A DNA stretch of 64,000 nucleotides. Origin: Rebecca billardiae RCC1528 (Eukaryota > Protista > Haptophyta). A program made the position numbers and the translations under genes. Shown piece by piece: positions 9,607 to 20,944 of the stretch. How positions within the stretch are numbered: the stretch's first letter is position 1; every line of letters starts with the position of its first letter. Under the pieces are notes generated by a model, which saw only the letters and a program-made list of their open reading frames with translations, searched no databases and had not been told where the DNA came from. The stretch spans positions 620,001-684,000 of the forward strand of contig OZ251245.1 of the NCBI GenBank assembly GCA_965240325.2, written 5' to 3'.

Positions 9607-12600
9607 ATGAGCACTTGCCCCTGTGACGCCGTGGGTCGTGCGGTGCAGACGGTGCAAGACCGGCTCGGGCGTCGGCGTGCCAGCCGCGAGGAGGAGACGC
9701 CGCCCTCCGGCGCCGATGCCCGCCAGCCGGGGGAGGAGGCCGAGGCAGGACCAGCCGGCGTCGAGCGCGGCGGCGGTGCGCTCGCATCCGCCGACGCTCC
9801 GCCGCGGCTGCCACTCGCCGCGCCGGCGGCGGAGCGCTCGCAGAAGCTCGTGCGCCTCTTCGTCTCGAGCACCTTCGACGACATGCACGCCGAGCGCAAC
9901 GCGCTGCAGGCCTCCGTCTTCCCCGCGTTCCGCCGCGCGTGCCAGCTGCGCGGTTGGGAGTTTCAAGTCGTGGACCTCCGCTGGGGCATCCGCGACGAGG
10001 CGACGGACGCGCACCGCACCGTGCCGATCTGCATGGAGGAGATCGCGCGCTGCCGCGCCCTCTCCCCGCGCTTCAACTTCCTGCTGCTCCTCGGCGGGCG
10101 CTACGGCTACAGGCCGCTCCCTGACAGCCTCGCGCCAGACCTGTTCTCGCGGCTGCGCGCCGAGCTGCTGCGTGCCGCGGAGGGCGGCGGCGGGGCGGCG
10201 CAGCTGCTAGAGCGGTGGTACCCGCTCGAGGCGAACCTGCTCCCGCCGGCGCACGTGCTGCGCACGCTCACCGACGAGACGCGGCAGGCCTTCTGGACGT
10301 CGGTGCTCCCGCGCCTCGGGCCGGCCGTGCGCGCGGCCGCGAGCGCGCTGCGCGGCCGCGGCGAGATCGAGGCCAGCGCTCACTCTGCGCTCGTGCGCTC
10401 GGTGACGGAGCAGGAGGTGCTCGCGGGGATGCTCGGCGACTCCGACGCGGCGGGCGCCGCCGAGCACTGCGCCTGCTTCTCGCGCGAGCTCGAGGGCTGG
10501 GACGCCGCGGCGGAGGGCGCGCGCCAGTTTGCGGACGAAGCCCACGAGGAGGCCTCGGCGCTGCAGGCCGCGCTGCGCGCGCGCGTGCGCGCGTTCCTGC
10601 GCCCCGAGCGCTTCTGGGAGCACACGGCGCGGTGGGTCGGGGCGGGCGCGGGCGAGGCCGCCACGCCTACCCACGCCGGCGCGAGCGACGCCGGCCCGGC
10701 CGCCTGCCGCCCGTCGCCGCCGGCCGCGGGCGCGTCCGGCGCATCGACTGGCGGCAGCGAGGCGGCGGCGCCGCCGGATGCTGCGCCGCCGGGCGCGCCC
10801 GCCGCTGGGCCGATCACGACGCGCCACGTGCCCGCGATGTGCGCGCAGGTGGAGGCGTACCTGCACGAGCGGCTCGAGGCCGAGGCCGCCGCGCTGCCCG
10901 AGGCCGACGCGCACGCGCTCGAGCTCGAGCGACACTCCCGGTTTGCTCTCGACCGCAGTCGCGAGTTTGTCGGCCGCGGCGCCGAGCTGCGCGCACTGCT
11001 GGCACACGCGCGAGGAGAAGAAGGCGACTCGGGCGGGCGGGCGGCTGCGCTGCTCGTGCTCGCGTCGTCGGGCGCGGGCAAGTCGTCGCTTCTCGCCGCC
11101 GCGAGCGAGCAGCTCGCCGCCTCCGCCTCCACCGGCGAAGGGCCCGTCGTGCTGCGCCGCTTCTGCGGGACCACGCTGCAGGCGAGCTCGGCGCGCGCCC
11201 TGGCGCTCTCGGTGGCGGCAGAGTTGGAGGGGGTGGCGGAGGGAGTGGCGGCGGCGTGGGCCGGGGGGAAGGGGGTGGCTGGGGCTGGGGCGGAGGAGGA
11301 ACGGGGCGGCGCGGTCGAGGCGGGGGAAGGCACGCCCGCCGCGCCGGAGCCGAGCCGCTCCACCACCGACAATGACCACGCCCACGCGCCGCCGCAGCAG
11401 CATGAGCCGCAGCCGCAGCCGCAGCAGCCGCAGCCGCCGCCGCCGCAGCAGCCGCCGCCGCAGCAGCCGCCGCCGCAGCCGCAGCAGGAGGAGGAGTCGA
11501 GCACGCTCGAGGGCGCGCGCGCGAGGTGTGCGCGCGCGCTCGACCAGGCACTGGCCGCCCTCAGCCGCACGCCCGGCGCGGACGCGCCCCCCGCGCCGCC
11601 CGGGACGGCGGCGTCCGCAGCTGCGGCCGAGCGCTCGGCAGAGCCCGGGCGGCCGCTGGGTAAACAAAGTAACGGCCCGTTACTCTGTTTCGTCATCGAC
11701 GCTCTTGACCAGCTCGTCGAGTTCGAGGGCGGCGCGGCCGAGGCGGGCGGGCGGGGTGCGCGGGAAGAGGCGATGCTGGGCTGGCTGCCCTCGCCGCTCC
11801 CGCCAAGGGTTCGGCTGATCGCCTCCCTGCTGCTGCCGCAGCCAGCCGCCGAGCGCGGCGATGCGGCCACCGACGCCGCCGCAGCCGACAGCACGGCGGT
11901 TGCTGAGCCGGCGGCTGCGGGCGTGCCGCAGGACGCCAGCGCGATGCTGGCTCGACTCAACGGGGTCGGGGGTGACGCCGCCGCCGCGGCGCGTGGCACG
12001 CACGGCGCGGGCGCCGCGCCCGTCGCCACGCCAGGCGGCGTGCTGCGGCTGCGCGCGCTCGAGCGCGCAGAGATAGCAGACGTTGCGCAGGGCGTGCTGC
12101 GCGGCCGCGGGCGCACCGTTCAGCCCGGGCAGCTCGCGGCCATCGAGGCGGCGTGCGCGCGCGTGCCGCAGCCGCTGTTCGCGTCGCTGTGCGCGCACGC
12201 GGCGGCGGAGTGGCCCGCCGTCCTCTCGCCGCCGCCGCCGCTCCCGGACTCGCTCGAGTCCGCCGCCGAGGCGATGTTACTCCGCCTCACCCGATTCCAC
12301 GGCCGCAGGCTGGTTGGCTCGGCGCTCGGCGCGCTCGCGCTCGCCGCGGGCGGGCTCACGGAGGCGGAGCTGCTGGACACGCTCGAGAGCGACGAAGCCC
12401 TGATGACGGAGGTGCTCCAGTACCACACGCCCGTGCCGAGGAAGTTCCCGCCCATCGTCTGGCTGCGGCTGCGCGCCGACCTGGGACGGCACCTCGTCGA
12501 GGCGGTGAGCGCTTACCCCGCAGAGGGCGGCGGCGGTTTCGCGCCGGCGGCGGGTGGCGCGTCGGCCGGCGCCGGCGGCGCGCGCGCGGGCGCGGGCGCG

Positions 12601-13518
12601 GCGGCGGGTATTCTGCGGCTGTACCACAGGCAGCTGCGCGAGGCGGCGGCGCGGCTCTTCCTCCGCGACGACGCGTCGGCGCGCGCGTGCGCGGCGGCGA
12701 TTGCGCGCGCGGCGCGCGCTGGCCTCGACCCGGGCGCCGACCGGAGCTGGGCGGGCGTGGCGCGCCTCTCCGAGCACGGCGCGCCGCGCGCGCTCCGCGC
12801 GTACGGCCGGCAGCTGCACACGCTCACCGACGCGCTTCTGAGGGCGGCCGAGTGGGAGGCGCTCGACGAGCTGCTCACCGACCTCGACGTGCTCGAGGCG
12901 GCTCTGCGCTCGCCCGCGCTCGGGCATCGGTACGTTAGCTGGCTCGCCGGGCAGGTGCTCTCGCGCGCGCGCGGCGCGGAGGCGCGCGGCGGCCGCGCGG
13001 GCGTGCAGCGCGTGTCGCGCACGGCCGCGCTCGCGCTGCTGTGCCGCCCGGAGGATGCGTCGCGCTTCCACCCGCTGCCCTTCGTGCTGCCATGGGAGAG
13101 CCTCGGCGGCGCGCTCGGGCCGTCGGTGCCGCCCGCGGCGCTCAGCGCGCAGATCGCTGCGCGGCAGCGCGGCACGCACGCGCTGCACGTCGACGGCGCC
13201 ATGCGCTGGCGCTGCTTCGACCGGGAGTTCAGGGACCTCACCGGGGCGCGCGTGCTGCAGCCGCAGCGCTGGCGGCGGCCGGCCGCGGGCGGGCATCGGC
13301 TCGTGGCCCGCGTGGCCGGCGGCGCGGCAGGCGGCGCAGCCGCAGCAGCCAAGGTGCCGGGGCGGGCGCAGGGCGCGGCGCACGCGCCGCACCTCGGCGC
13401 GGAGGAGAGCCCGCCGCTGCCGGCCGTCGTGCGCGAGATGCGCCGAATGGGCACGATGCGCATGGCGGCCATGCTGGCCGGGCCGAGCCTGTCGCAACTG
13501 CTGCCGCACCACATGTGA
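9607..13518 (+). CDS. DUF4062 + NACHT/STAND NTPase (NWD1/TEP1-like N-terminal module); 5' end uncertain
   Basis: VRLFVSSTFDDMHAERNAL...VDLRWGI...ICMEEIARC...LLGGRYGYRPLP, Walker A ASSGAGKSSLLA, Walker B CFVIDALDQL, winged-helix-like GGLTEAELLDTL and LYHRQLREAA. A phase-0 intron at 9581-9648 suggests an additional upstream exon. Confidence 0.85.
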   Translation: MSTCPCDAVGRAVQTVQDRLGRRRASREEETPPSGADARQPGEEAEAGPAGVERGGGALASADAPPRLPLAAPAAERSQKLVRLFVSSTFDDMHAERNALQASVFPAFRRACQLRGWEFQVVDLRWGIRDEATDAHRTVPICMEEIARCRALSPRFNFLLLLGGRYGYRPLPDSLAPDLFSRLRAELLRAAEGGGGAAQLLERWYPLEANLLPPAHVLRTLTDETRQAFWTSVLPRLGPAVRAAASALRGRGEIEASAHSALVRSVTEQEVLAGMLGDSDAAGAAEHCACFSRELEGWDAAAEGARQFADEAHEEASALQAALRARVRAFLRPERFWEHTARWVGAGAGEAATPTHAGASDAGPAACRPSPPAAGASGASTGGSEAAAPPDAAPPGAPAAGPITTRHVPAMCAQVEAYLHERLEAEAAALPEADAHALELERHSRFALDRSREFVGRGAELRALLAHARGEEGDSGGRAAALLVLASSGAGKSSLLAAASEQLAASASTGEGPVVLRRFCGTTLQASSARALALSVAAELEGVAEGVAAAWAGGKGVAGAGAEEERGGAVEAGEGTPAAPEPSRSTTDNDHAHAPPQQHEPQPQPQQPQPPPPQQPPPQQPPPQPQQEEESSTLEGARARCARALDQALAALSRTPGADAPPAPPGTAASAAAAERSAEPGRPLGKQSNGPLLCFVIDALDQLVEFEGGAAEAGGRGAREEAMLGWLPSPLPPRVRLIASLLLPQPAAERGDAATDAAAADSTAVAEPAAAGVPQDASAMLARLNGVGGDAAAAARGTHGAGAAPVATPGGVLRLRALERAEIADVAQGVLRGRGRTVQPGQLAAIEAACARVPQPLFASLCAHAAAEWPAVLSPPPPLPDSLESAAEAMLLRLTRFHGRRLVGSALGALALAAGGLTEAELLDTLESDEALMTEVLQYHTPVPRKFPPIVWLRLRADLGRHLVEAVSAYPAEGGGGFAPAAGGASAGAGGARAGAGAAAGILRLYHRQLREAAARLFLRDDASARACAAAIARAARAGLDPGADRSWAGVARLSEHGAPRALRAYGRQLHTLTDALLRAAEWEALDELLTDLDVLEAALRSPALGHRYVSWLAGQVLSRARGAEARGGRAGVQRVSRTAALALLCRPEDASRFHPLPFVLPWESLGGALGPSVPPAALSAQIAARQRGTHALHVDGAMRWRCFDREFRDLTGARVLQPQRWRRPAAGGHRLVARVAGGAAGGAAAAAKVPGRAQGAAHAPHLGAEESPPLPAVVREMRRMGTMRMAAMLAGPSLSQLLPHHM

Positions 13519-14019
13519 CGCCCGGCAGTCCGGCGCGGACCGTACCGGGTACGTAACACGTACTGCTAGTATCATCACGACCGTGACTGCTCTGACATCA
13601 TACTACTACTCTGCTGCTGAGATATGCACTGCTGCTGATATGATATGCTGCGCGCGCTGCTATACGACTTGAAACTCAGTCATCAACGGTAGTCCGGTGG
13701 CGGTTTCATAATTCATCATCCGCTGCGGCGGCATCGGGGGATTCATCGGCGCGTCGCGGTCGGTCTCATATCAGATGATGCCGGCGCCGTGATGATGGCC
13801 GGGCGATGGCGCGTCGCCGAGTCGCGCACTCAGACTCACTCGCGGCCGCTGCCCGCTCACCGCTGGCCACGGCCAGTGGCGCGGTGGGGCGGCACGCGGT
13901 GCCGCCAGCATCATACAGGGAGGCGCGGGCCGGAGGCCTGCAGACCCACGCGGCTATGGCCGAGAGTTGAAACGGTGAGCAGGCAGATGAGCCGCAGCGG
14001 TCCGCTCAGCTCACAGCTC

Positions 14020-15080
14020 TCAATCTGAGGCCCACACATCGATAGAACACAAGGAAGGAACGCGGTCTGCGTGCCCTGGCGGCAGAATCCCTTCTTCCTG
14101 TGGTACGGGAATGGGTATTGGGCCGACTGCTCGTGGAGGACACATGATGAAGTAGAACGTGTTCGAATACGCAGGGGTGCTCGATAAGAGCAGTGCCACT
14201 GGCTTTGGCGACTCCCCGGTGTCTTCCCAAAGCCCTAGCGCCTGCCTTTTCGTCGATTTCGACTGTGTGCAGGACATGTATACGAGCCTTGTGCCCATAC
14301 GTTCTTTGCCGTTCTCGAAGTGCGGTCCGCCAATCCACCTGCCATGCAGGGCAAGTGGGCATCACACGGATGGGAGGATGAAATGCGAAGAAAGCATGTG
14401 GCGTCACGTGCTCAGTAACGCACACCTCTTCACAGGCAACAGCAGGGGTGCGATTAGGGCGCATCACAGGTATAGCAAGCCGCGTGCAAACAATAATCGA
14501 GACTGCGCACTTACCAGTTGTTCCTGAAGAAGGTTGCGCCCTGGCCCAGAGCAACGTCGGGGCAGTGAAACTCGTACTTCCAATTGGGTAGGGAGTTAGA
14601 CATGACAGTGTACGAGAAGGACATGTCACCCATGAAGAAGAAGTTGAGCTCATTTGGACGGGCAGCAGCTGTGTCGATGCCATAGGCATCTCCATCTTTG
14701 ATTGCGGTCGTGAATTCGGTTGCAACCCGATCGGTCTTCCAGCGCGTGGCAAGCACACTCAGCCCAGGGGAATCACCCGGGACACCCTGGGGATTAGCAT
14801 AGACTTGAAGTGTTGCCATGTCGAGCTGTTCACCGTCAGACACTGCTGATGGGCCGTGGGCCACAAAACTCATGTCATGCATCTGGTTTTCCAGGGCCGA
14901 ACAAGCGCCGAGATCCTTGCACGCGCGGAACCAGACGTGATTCCGATCCCATTCCTCCAGGCGTGGCGGCGTACGTTTCGCGGCCGCCGCATCCAGGACC
15001 AGAAGCACTGCGGTGGCTGCGAAGCAGACCACGGCACTCGCGACCAACGCAGCACGCAGAGTGCGGCTGCCTCCGGCCAT
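14020..15080 (-). CDS. Secreted or membrane-anchored uncharacterised protein with PxELNF...LGQG...NNWWIGG motif (exons 15080-14515, 14338-14020)
   Basis: N-terminal hydrophobic segment. Removing the GTAAGT...GCAG intron (14514-14339) joins NNW/WIGG in frame, and the ORF then runs to TGA at 14020. Confidence 0.7.
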
Positions 15081-15499
15081 CGGAGCAGGGACTGGACTGG
15101 GCAGGGGAGGGATGCGCGAGGTTGAGTGGTTGACGGTACTCGGGGTGCTGCGATTGGATTGGCTGCCCAGCGCCTTGCGGTTGAAGCCTGATTGATGAAT
15201 GATCCAAGTGATAAGCCAAACCGGTTCGTCTCCACGTCGTCATCCGGACCAAGTCCAAAGGACCATCCGGCATCCAATGGCCCCGGACCGCTGCGAGCCG
15301 TGTGTCAAGGGCCGCACTGTCACAGTGGCAGCGCCAAGGCCCGCCTTTCCGATTCGGAGACTACGAGCTATGCAGACGTCGGCTGTGCTGCAAGCGAACC
15401 AGCTAGTCTCCCAGTCCCATCACGTTCGCATGCCGACCCGGCTGCGTTTTAGCGTCGCTCGGGCGGCCGCTGCAGACCGAGGCGCCACGCCGTGAGCAC

Positions 15500-15985
15500 C
15501 CGAGCGCGTCCCGCTGTGTGCTTCGTCAAGCACTTCGAGCAGCCGCGCTTTGACGCACAACTTCTTGGCGGCCTCGACGCGCGCGCGCCGAGCAGCGGCG
15601 ACGCAGCCGGGTCGCTGGCAGGGTGGGTTGGCGGCAGCAGGACTTGCACGTACCCTTTTGCGTGTGCCGACGAGCGACCGTCTGCCCTCCGCCACATCGG
15701 TGACGAGACGCGTGCGCTCCGTGCCGACGAGCTGCGCATGCGTCGAGTAGCTGCGAATGAGCGTGGGCACCTCGCGCCGGACGCGTGAGCGCGCCTTCAC
15801 GACGTGTGGCGACAGCCGGCCTGGCATGCGCGCCCGCGGGCTGCGTGGGCGTGGGCAAAGCACGGACACGTTCGGCACGGGGACGGGCGGTACTCGCGAA
15901 ACAGGGCCACCCTCTCGGCGTGCTCGGCCTCAGTCTCGCCCGGGAAGCCGACAATCACGTCGGTCTCCAGCGTGAGCTCTGGCAG
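15500..15985 (-). pseudogene. Frameshifted C-terminal fragment of tRNA methylthiotransferase (CDKAL1/MtaB-like radical SAM end + TRAM)
   Basis: Pieces in successive frames: LPELTLETDVIVGFPGETEAEH / CPRPRSPRARM..HVVKARSR..TLIRSYSTHAQLVG..LVTDVA / HAKGYVQVLLP. These follow the CDKAL1 order TDIICGFPGET...YPRPGTPAAKM...FHSY...HNQFYEQVLVP. The 5' part is absent. Confidence 0.8.
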
Positions 15986-16200
15986 CGCTCACAGGGCGGC
16001 GTGGCATCAGCGTGTCAGCGCGTCAGCGCGTCAGCGCGTCAGCGCACGTCAGCCTGTCAGCGTGTCAGCCGCACATGTAGCAACTCTGCGACCGTGCACT
16101 CCTGACTTATCCGGCGTGCGAGTGACCAGAGACGAGCACGACCCTCTACCCACAGACCCGCTGGCGGCGTGCGGTGCAAGTGCGCAACGCCCCGCGGCTC

Positions 16201-16725
16201 CTAGTCGTAGTCGTCGTCCATGTCATCCCGCCCCGAGAAGTCGAGCTCGTCGCCGCCCGGCCAGGGGTAGAGCGAGGTCGACACGACGAGGCGGCCGACG
16301 GAGTACATGAGGCCGAGCCAGACGAGCGCGCTGAGTAATGCGACGAGGGGCGGCACGGCCTCTGGCGCTTGCGGCGCCGCCCGCTCTGCAGGCCGCCGCG
16401 GCTGCTGGGCCGAGGCCTGCGCCTGTGTCCGCCACGCGCGCGAGCTCCAGGACCGCCAGCTGCCGCGCGCATCCGCGTGGACGTGACAGACAGCCGAAGG
16501 GGACGGCGGTCGGAGGAAAGGGGCACGCGGGTGAGTGCGTGCGTGGCGAGGGGCGCAGCGGTGGGCTCTCGCGAGCGCCGCGGCGCACCAGATGTTCTCT
16601 ATCCTTCTGTGCGGCTGCGGCTGCTTGGACGCGGCTGCCCACGCGTCCGCGAGCTCATCAACGGGCAGGACCTGCACCCGGCGCGCGACCTTGAGGACCT
16701 CGACCTCGTCCTCGGCGCACGCCAT
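16201..16725 (-). CDS. Small hypothetical membrane protein (probably one intron)
   Basis: Coding-like N-terminus, a GC-rich intron-like middle with a GTGCGC donor, a C-terminal TM helix (PLVALLSALVWLGLMYSVGRLVV) and an acidic tail. Confidence 0.5.
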   Translation of the reverse strand: MACAEDEVEVLKVARRVQVLPVDELADAWAAASKQPQPHRRIENIWCAAALARAHRCAPRHARTHPRAPFLRPPSPSAVCHVHADARGSWRSWSSRAWRTQAQASAQQPRRPAERAAPQAPEAVPPLVALLSALVWLGLMYSVGRLVVSTSLYPWPGGDELDFSGRDDMDDDYD

Positions 16726-17732
16726 GCGAAACGTCTCCGCGCGCTGCATCTGCCCAGCGGCTGCGCGCTCGCGGCGGCCAGCGCGCCCTTCAAAGGGTAA
16801 TGACGAACCCCCTGGCGGTCGGACGGGTTCTCAACTTCAGCCCCGCGCCGCCGACCCAGGATAGGAGTGGATAGGAATGTCCGAATGTCCGCCGATGTGC
16901 TTATGTACAGCTCGGTTGAAACGATTTGTCGGCTTGCTTGAACGGCAAAAGCGCATTCTCAAAAGGGGCAAACCGGCAAACGGCCGATCGAATTCAGAAT
17001 GCGCCCGCCCGCGCGGCCGCGCGCGGCCGCGACGCCGTGCAAAGAGTGTTGGGTGCCGTCCTGTGCTACCTGGGTTGTTCGACGCCGCCTCGCGCCCGGC
17101 ACGCGTGCCGCCGGTGCGGGCCGTCCGCCGTGCACGTCAATTCGTGCGCAGGTCGGATGCTGGCGGGAGACGAGGGGTCCGGTTGGACATGCGGTATCTG
17201 GCACGTCAATGCCCTGCAAGAGCGTCGCGCGCAGCCTCGTGCTGACGAGCAGGCCAGCAATGGGCCCCTTGTCCCCTAGTGCCCTGCGCGAAAAAGGCGT
17301 GCTTATTGTCGGGTGTGCCCCTCGGGACTTTGCATGTCCTACCTGGCCTGCGGCACCACCGAGCTGCCTTCGTCGTAAGAGGCACTACTGTAATACTGTA
17401 CCGTCGGCAATACTGCAGCGTGTGTGCGCCCCGTGGAGATGTGCTCACGGAGCCGAGGGCGTGCGCGCAAGTGTGCAGCCATGGCAGACTTTGTCGCACT
17501 CGGGCGCCAGTCTCGGAGATCGGCGGCTTCGGCGCAGATCTAGAGATTCTGACGCCTTTCTGAAGACCTCCCTTCTACAATTGTGTGTACTATCGTTGTA
17601 GCAGGATTGTACATTCATAGAATACTATCCGATAGCAGCACGTATGATGAATGGCCGGGCGGCCACCCGGCGTGCACCCCTCGTGCACCCCTCGAGCCAC
17701 CGTGTGCCAACCGTCGGGGGCGGCCCACCAGC

Positions 17733-19701
17733 ATGGGCGTGTTGGGGCCTGCGGAGGTGAAGACGGCGCCGCTGGAGCTCCCCGCAGACACCGCCGATGG
17801 CGCGCCCGAAGGCGCCAAGGACGAGGTTCCGTCCATGCCCCCGTCGCCCGCCAAGCCGGACGAAGCGATCGCAAAGCACGCCGCCGAGCACCACCTCGAC
17901 GAGGAGAGCGAGCTCATCTTCTGTGCGCGCCGCTCGCGCGCGGCTGCGCGCGCGCGCGCACGCACGCGCCGGCGCCACGACCTGCGCGTAGCCGGCGGCG
18001 CCACGCCTCACGGCCGCCGCGCTGCGCATGCCGCGCCTTGCGCGCCGGCGCGCGCCAACGCTCCGCAGACAAGCCGGCGAGCGTGCTGCTGCAGTGGGGG
18101 CAGGTGCAGCCCCCGCGGCACGCGGACGCGTACGACCTCTTCTTCGACATCATCATGGTCGCCGCGGCCTTCCAGATGGGCAACTTCCTCAAGGACAACC
18201 TCACCAAGCTCGTCGGCCCGCTCGGGCTCGTCGGCATCGGCCTCACGCTCCTCACCACCTGGTCGCACATCCTGCAGTACCGGAGCCGGTTCGAGGCGAC
18301 GTCGCTGTGCCACCGGATGCTGGACAGCGTCGAGGGCGTCGCGATGGCCGGCGCGGCGCACAACGTCGTGCCCGACCTCGCGTCCTTCAAGGCGCTGCAC
18401 ATGTACGTCTTTGTCACGTTCACGATCCTCGGCCGTCTCACGCAGGTCGTGCGGAGGATCGAGCTGATGGCGACGGCGGACGTGGCGGAGGAGGACGGGC
18501 TGCGGCAGCGCAAGGCGGCGCAGACGACGCTGTCGCGGCTGCTGCTCGAGGTGGCCTTCCTCGCCGCCGCGTACGCGCTCACCGAGGTCGAGCACGTGAT
18601 GTACCTGCTGATTGCGATGTGGGTTTCGAACAACCTGTCGTTCATCGTTCCAATGCGGCTCGGCCTGTTCAACCGCAACACGATGGTGCCGATGCACATC
18701 GAGTACACGCTGCACCGGATGGGCGAGATGGTGATGCTGATGATCGGCGAGGGCATGCTCTCCCTCGTCATCGCCACCACCACCGTCGAGGGCGGGCCGC
18801 TCGAGTGCTCGGCCTCGTGCTGGGACGTGAAGCTCAAGGGCGCAGTTTCGTTTGTCTCCGGGTTTGGCATGCTCGCCAGCTTCATGTTCGTGTACTACCG
18901 CTCGAACCCGCACTCGCGGCACCACCACGCCACGCGGCGCAACGCGATGCGCGGCATGAGCTGGAACGTCTCGCACTGGGTGCGCGCCTCGCCCGAGCGA
19001 GAGCGCGCGGCGCGCGCGCGCGCGCGCCGCGCCGTTCGCTCACGCTCGCGCGCGCGTTGCCGGCCGCCCGCGCTGCCGCCGCGCCACGCCACCACCAGAT
19101 CCTCGCGCTCGGGCTGATCGCCTCGGGCGTCTCGATCAAGTCGATCCACCCGTACGCCGCGACGTACGTCAAGAAGCGCTCGTACATCCGGCTGCTCTCC
19201 ATCGGCTCGATGTTCGCCATGCCGACGATGACGTACCAACAGGTGATGCACCCGGGTGTGGCCGTGTTCTTCTGGGCGCCCTACTACCGCGCGCGCCGGC
19301 TCGGGCTGTTCGGCGTGAAGCTGCTGCTCTCGCTCGCGTTCATCGGGATGCTGTGGTTCCCGCAGAAGTACACGGACGGGTACGTCTACCTGCTCTACGC
19401 GTGCGGGCTCGCCGTCGCGAGCGCGGGCATCATGACGCTCGAGAAGGCCAAGACGTGCACCAAGGGCATGTGGGCGTACGCGGACGAGCTCGAGCGCGCC
19501 AAGAGGATCAAGCAGCGGCACGAGGAGGCGGCGAAGCGGCGCGCGATGCGCGAGAAGCTCGCGCAGGACCGCGGTGGCACCGGGGTGCTCGGTGACGACT
19601 CGTCGATGGGGCGGTCGGGGCGCAGCTCCGAGTCCGGCTCGCTCTCCGGGGCCTCTGGGCTCGTCACCGAGGAGGCCACCAACGCGGCGCTCGCAGGCTG
19701 A
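17733..19701 (+). CDS. LtrA (low-temperature requirement A)-like multipass membrane protein, 2 introns
   Basis: DLFFDIIMVAA and EYTLHRMGEMVMLMIGEGMLSLVI resemble the LtrA ELFFDL and ERxGxxxIIxLGE motifs. Many TM helices. Introns at about 17922-18068 and 18980-19098. Confidence 0.7.
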
Positions 19702-20007
19702 CGGCTTGACTTGTTTTTTCACACGAGCCCCCCCGGCGGCGCGTCACATGCAGGCAGTGGAGCAGGATTCGCATAATCGGCACGCAGCTGACGACCCGAA
19801 GGTCAGAGTGTCTGCTGCCAAAGCACGGCCGCCAGTTCGTTCATAGGCTTCACAGCAGGTCCGCGTCAGCACTCAATCGATGCCATGATGGTATGACGAA
19901 TTCGTCCTTGAATAAAGCAGAATCATGACCGCGCGCCTCGAAATAAAGGATTTTTCCGGTGATTGCTCGGCGCCTCGGCGGGCTTCGGAGGGTCGACGTC
20001 CCTCGCA

Positions 20008-20394
20008 ATGGCTGCGGCTCCGGCGGCAGAGGCGCCGCCACCGCTCGAGAAGGCGGACGTGGAGGACCTCCTGGCGGCTATGGAGACGTTCGTGCCCACC
20101 ATCCCCGAGGAAGTCACGAGGCACTACCTGCGGCAGACGGGCTTCCAATCTTCGGACGAGCGCATCGTTCGGCTCGTGTCGCTCGCTGCGCAAAAGTTTG
20201 CGACTGATGTGGTGCAAGACTCAATGCAGAGGGCGAAGTGGCGACGGGACGCGGCGCGAGGGAAGGACAAGGTGGAGGACCGCCGCCCGATGCTTACCAC
20301 CGAGGACCTGACCGACGCGCTCAAGGAACAAGGCGTCTCCATCTACAAGCCGATGTACTACACGGACCGGCTCCCGGAGGATGAGCCGCGCTAG
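20008..20394 (+). CDS. TAF10: TFIID subunit TAF10
   Basis: FVPTIPEEVTRHYLRQTGFQSSDERIVRLVSLAAQKFATDV...LTTEDLTDALKEQGVSIYKPMYY is the TAF10 histone fold. Confidence 0.93.
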   Translation: MAAAPAAEAPPPLEKADVEDLLAAMETFVPTIPEEVTRHYLRQTGFQSSDERIVRLVSLAAQKFATDVVQDSMQRAKWRRDAARGKDKVEDRRPMLTTEDLTDALKEQGVSIYKPMYYTDRLPEDEPR

Positions 20395-20944
20395 AACTTA
20401 GTGCGTCGGGGCTGCCGGCGCTTGAGCACCGGTGTGCCGTGTAGGTGATGCAGCCAGCAGGGCGCGTGGCGCCGTGGCGGACTGTGGCAGGGTCTGTGCT
20501 CCATCTTGATGGTGCCGCACGCCGCCGACATTGCCGAGTCGCGGTCACGGCACTCACGTGCCCGACAGACGGGGCCGACAGCGACTGACGAGGCCGTCAC
20601 TAAGCTACGGTAGCTACTGTTTATGTGGCGCATGTGGCGCGAGTGCCGCCCTGAGTCGTAGTAACATATAACGCGCGGCGCGGCGTACGACTGGCACCAG
20701 CCACAGTGCGCGTCACGGTGCTTAACCCACGGAGGGCGGAGTCGGCCAGGCTCCATCAACGACAACGTGCACGGCCGCCTGTCGGGCGTCGCAGTGAGGA
20801 CCCACTCACGTCACTCACGACGCCGATCCTGCTGTGGAAGATCCTTTGCGATTTACGCGAAAAGAACTCGAGTGAGGTCGCCGCGCGCCCGCCCGGTGGC
20901 GTTGGCCCTGGTTGGCCCGCCGTTATCGCGGCGATTTTTGAGCG

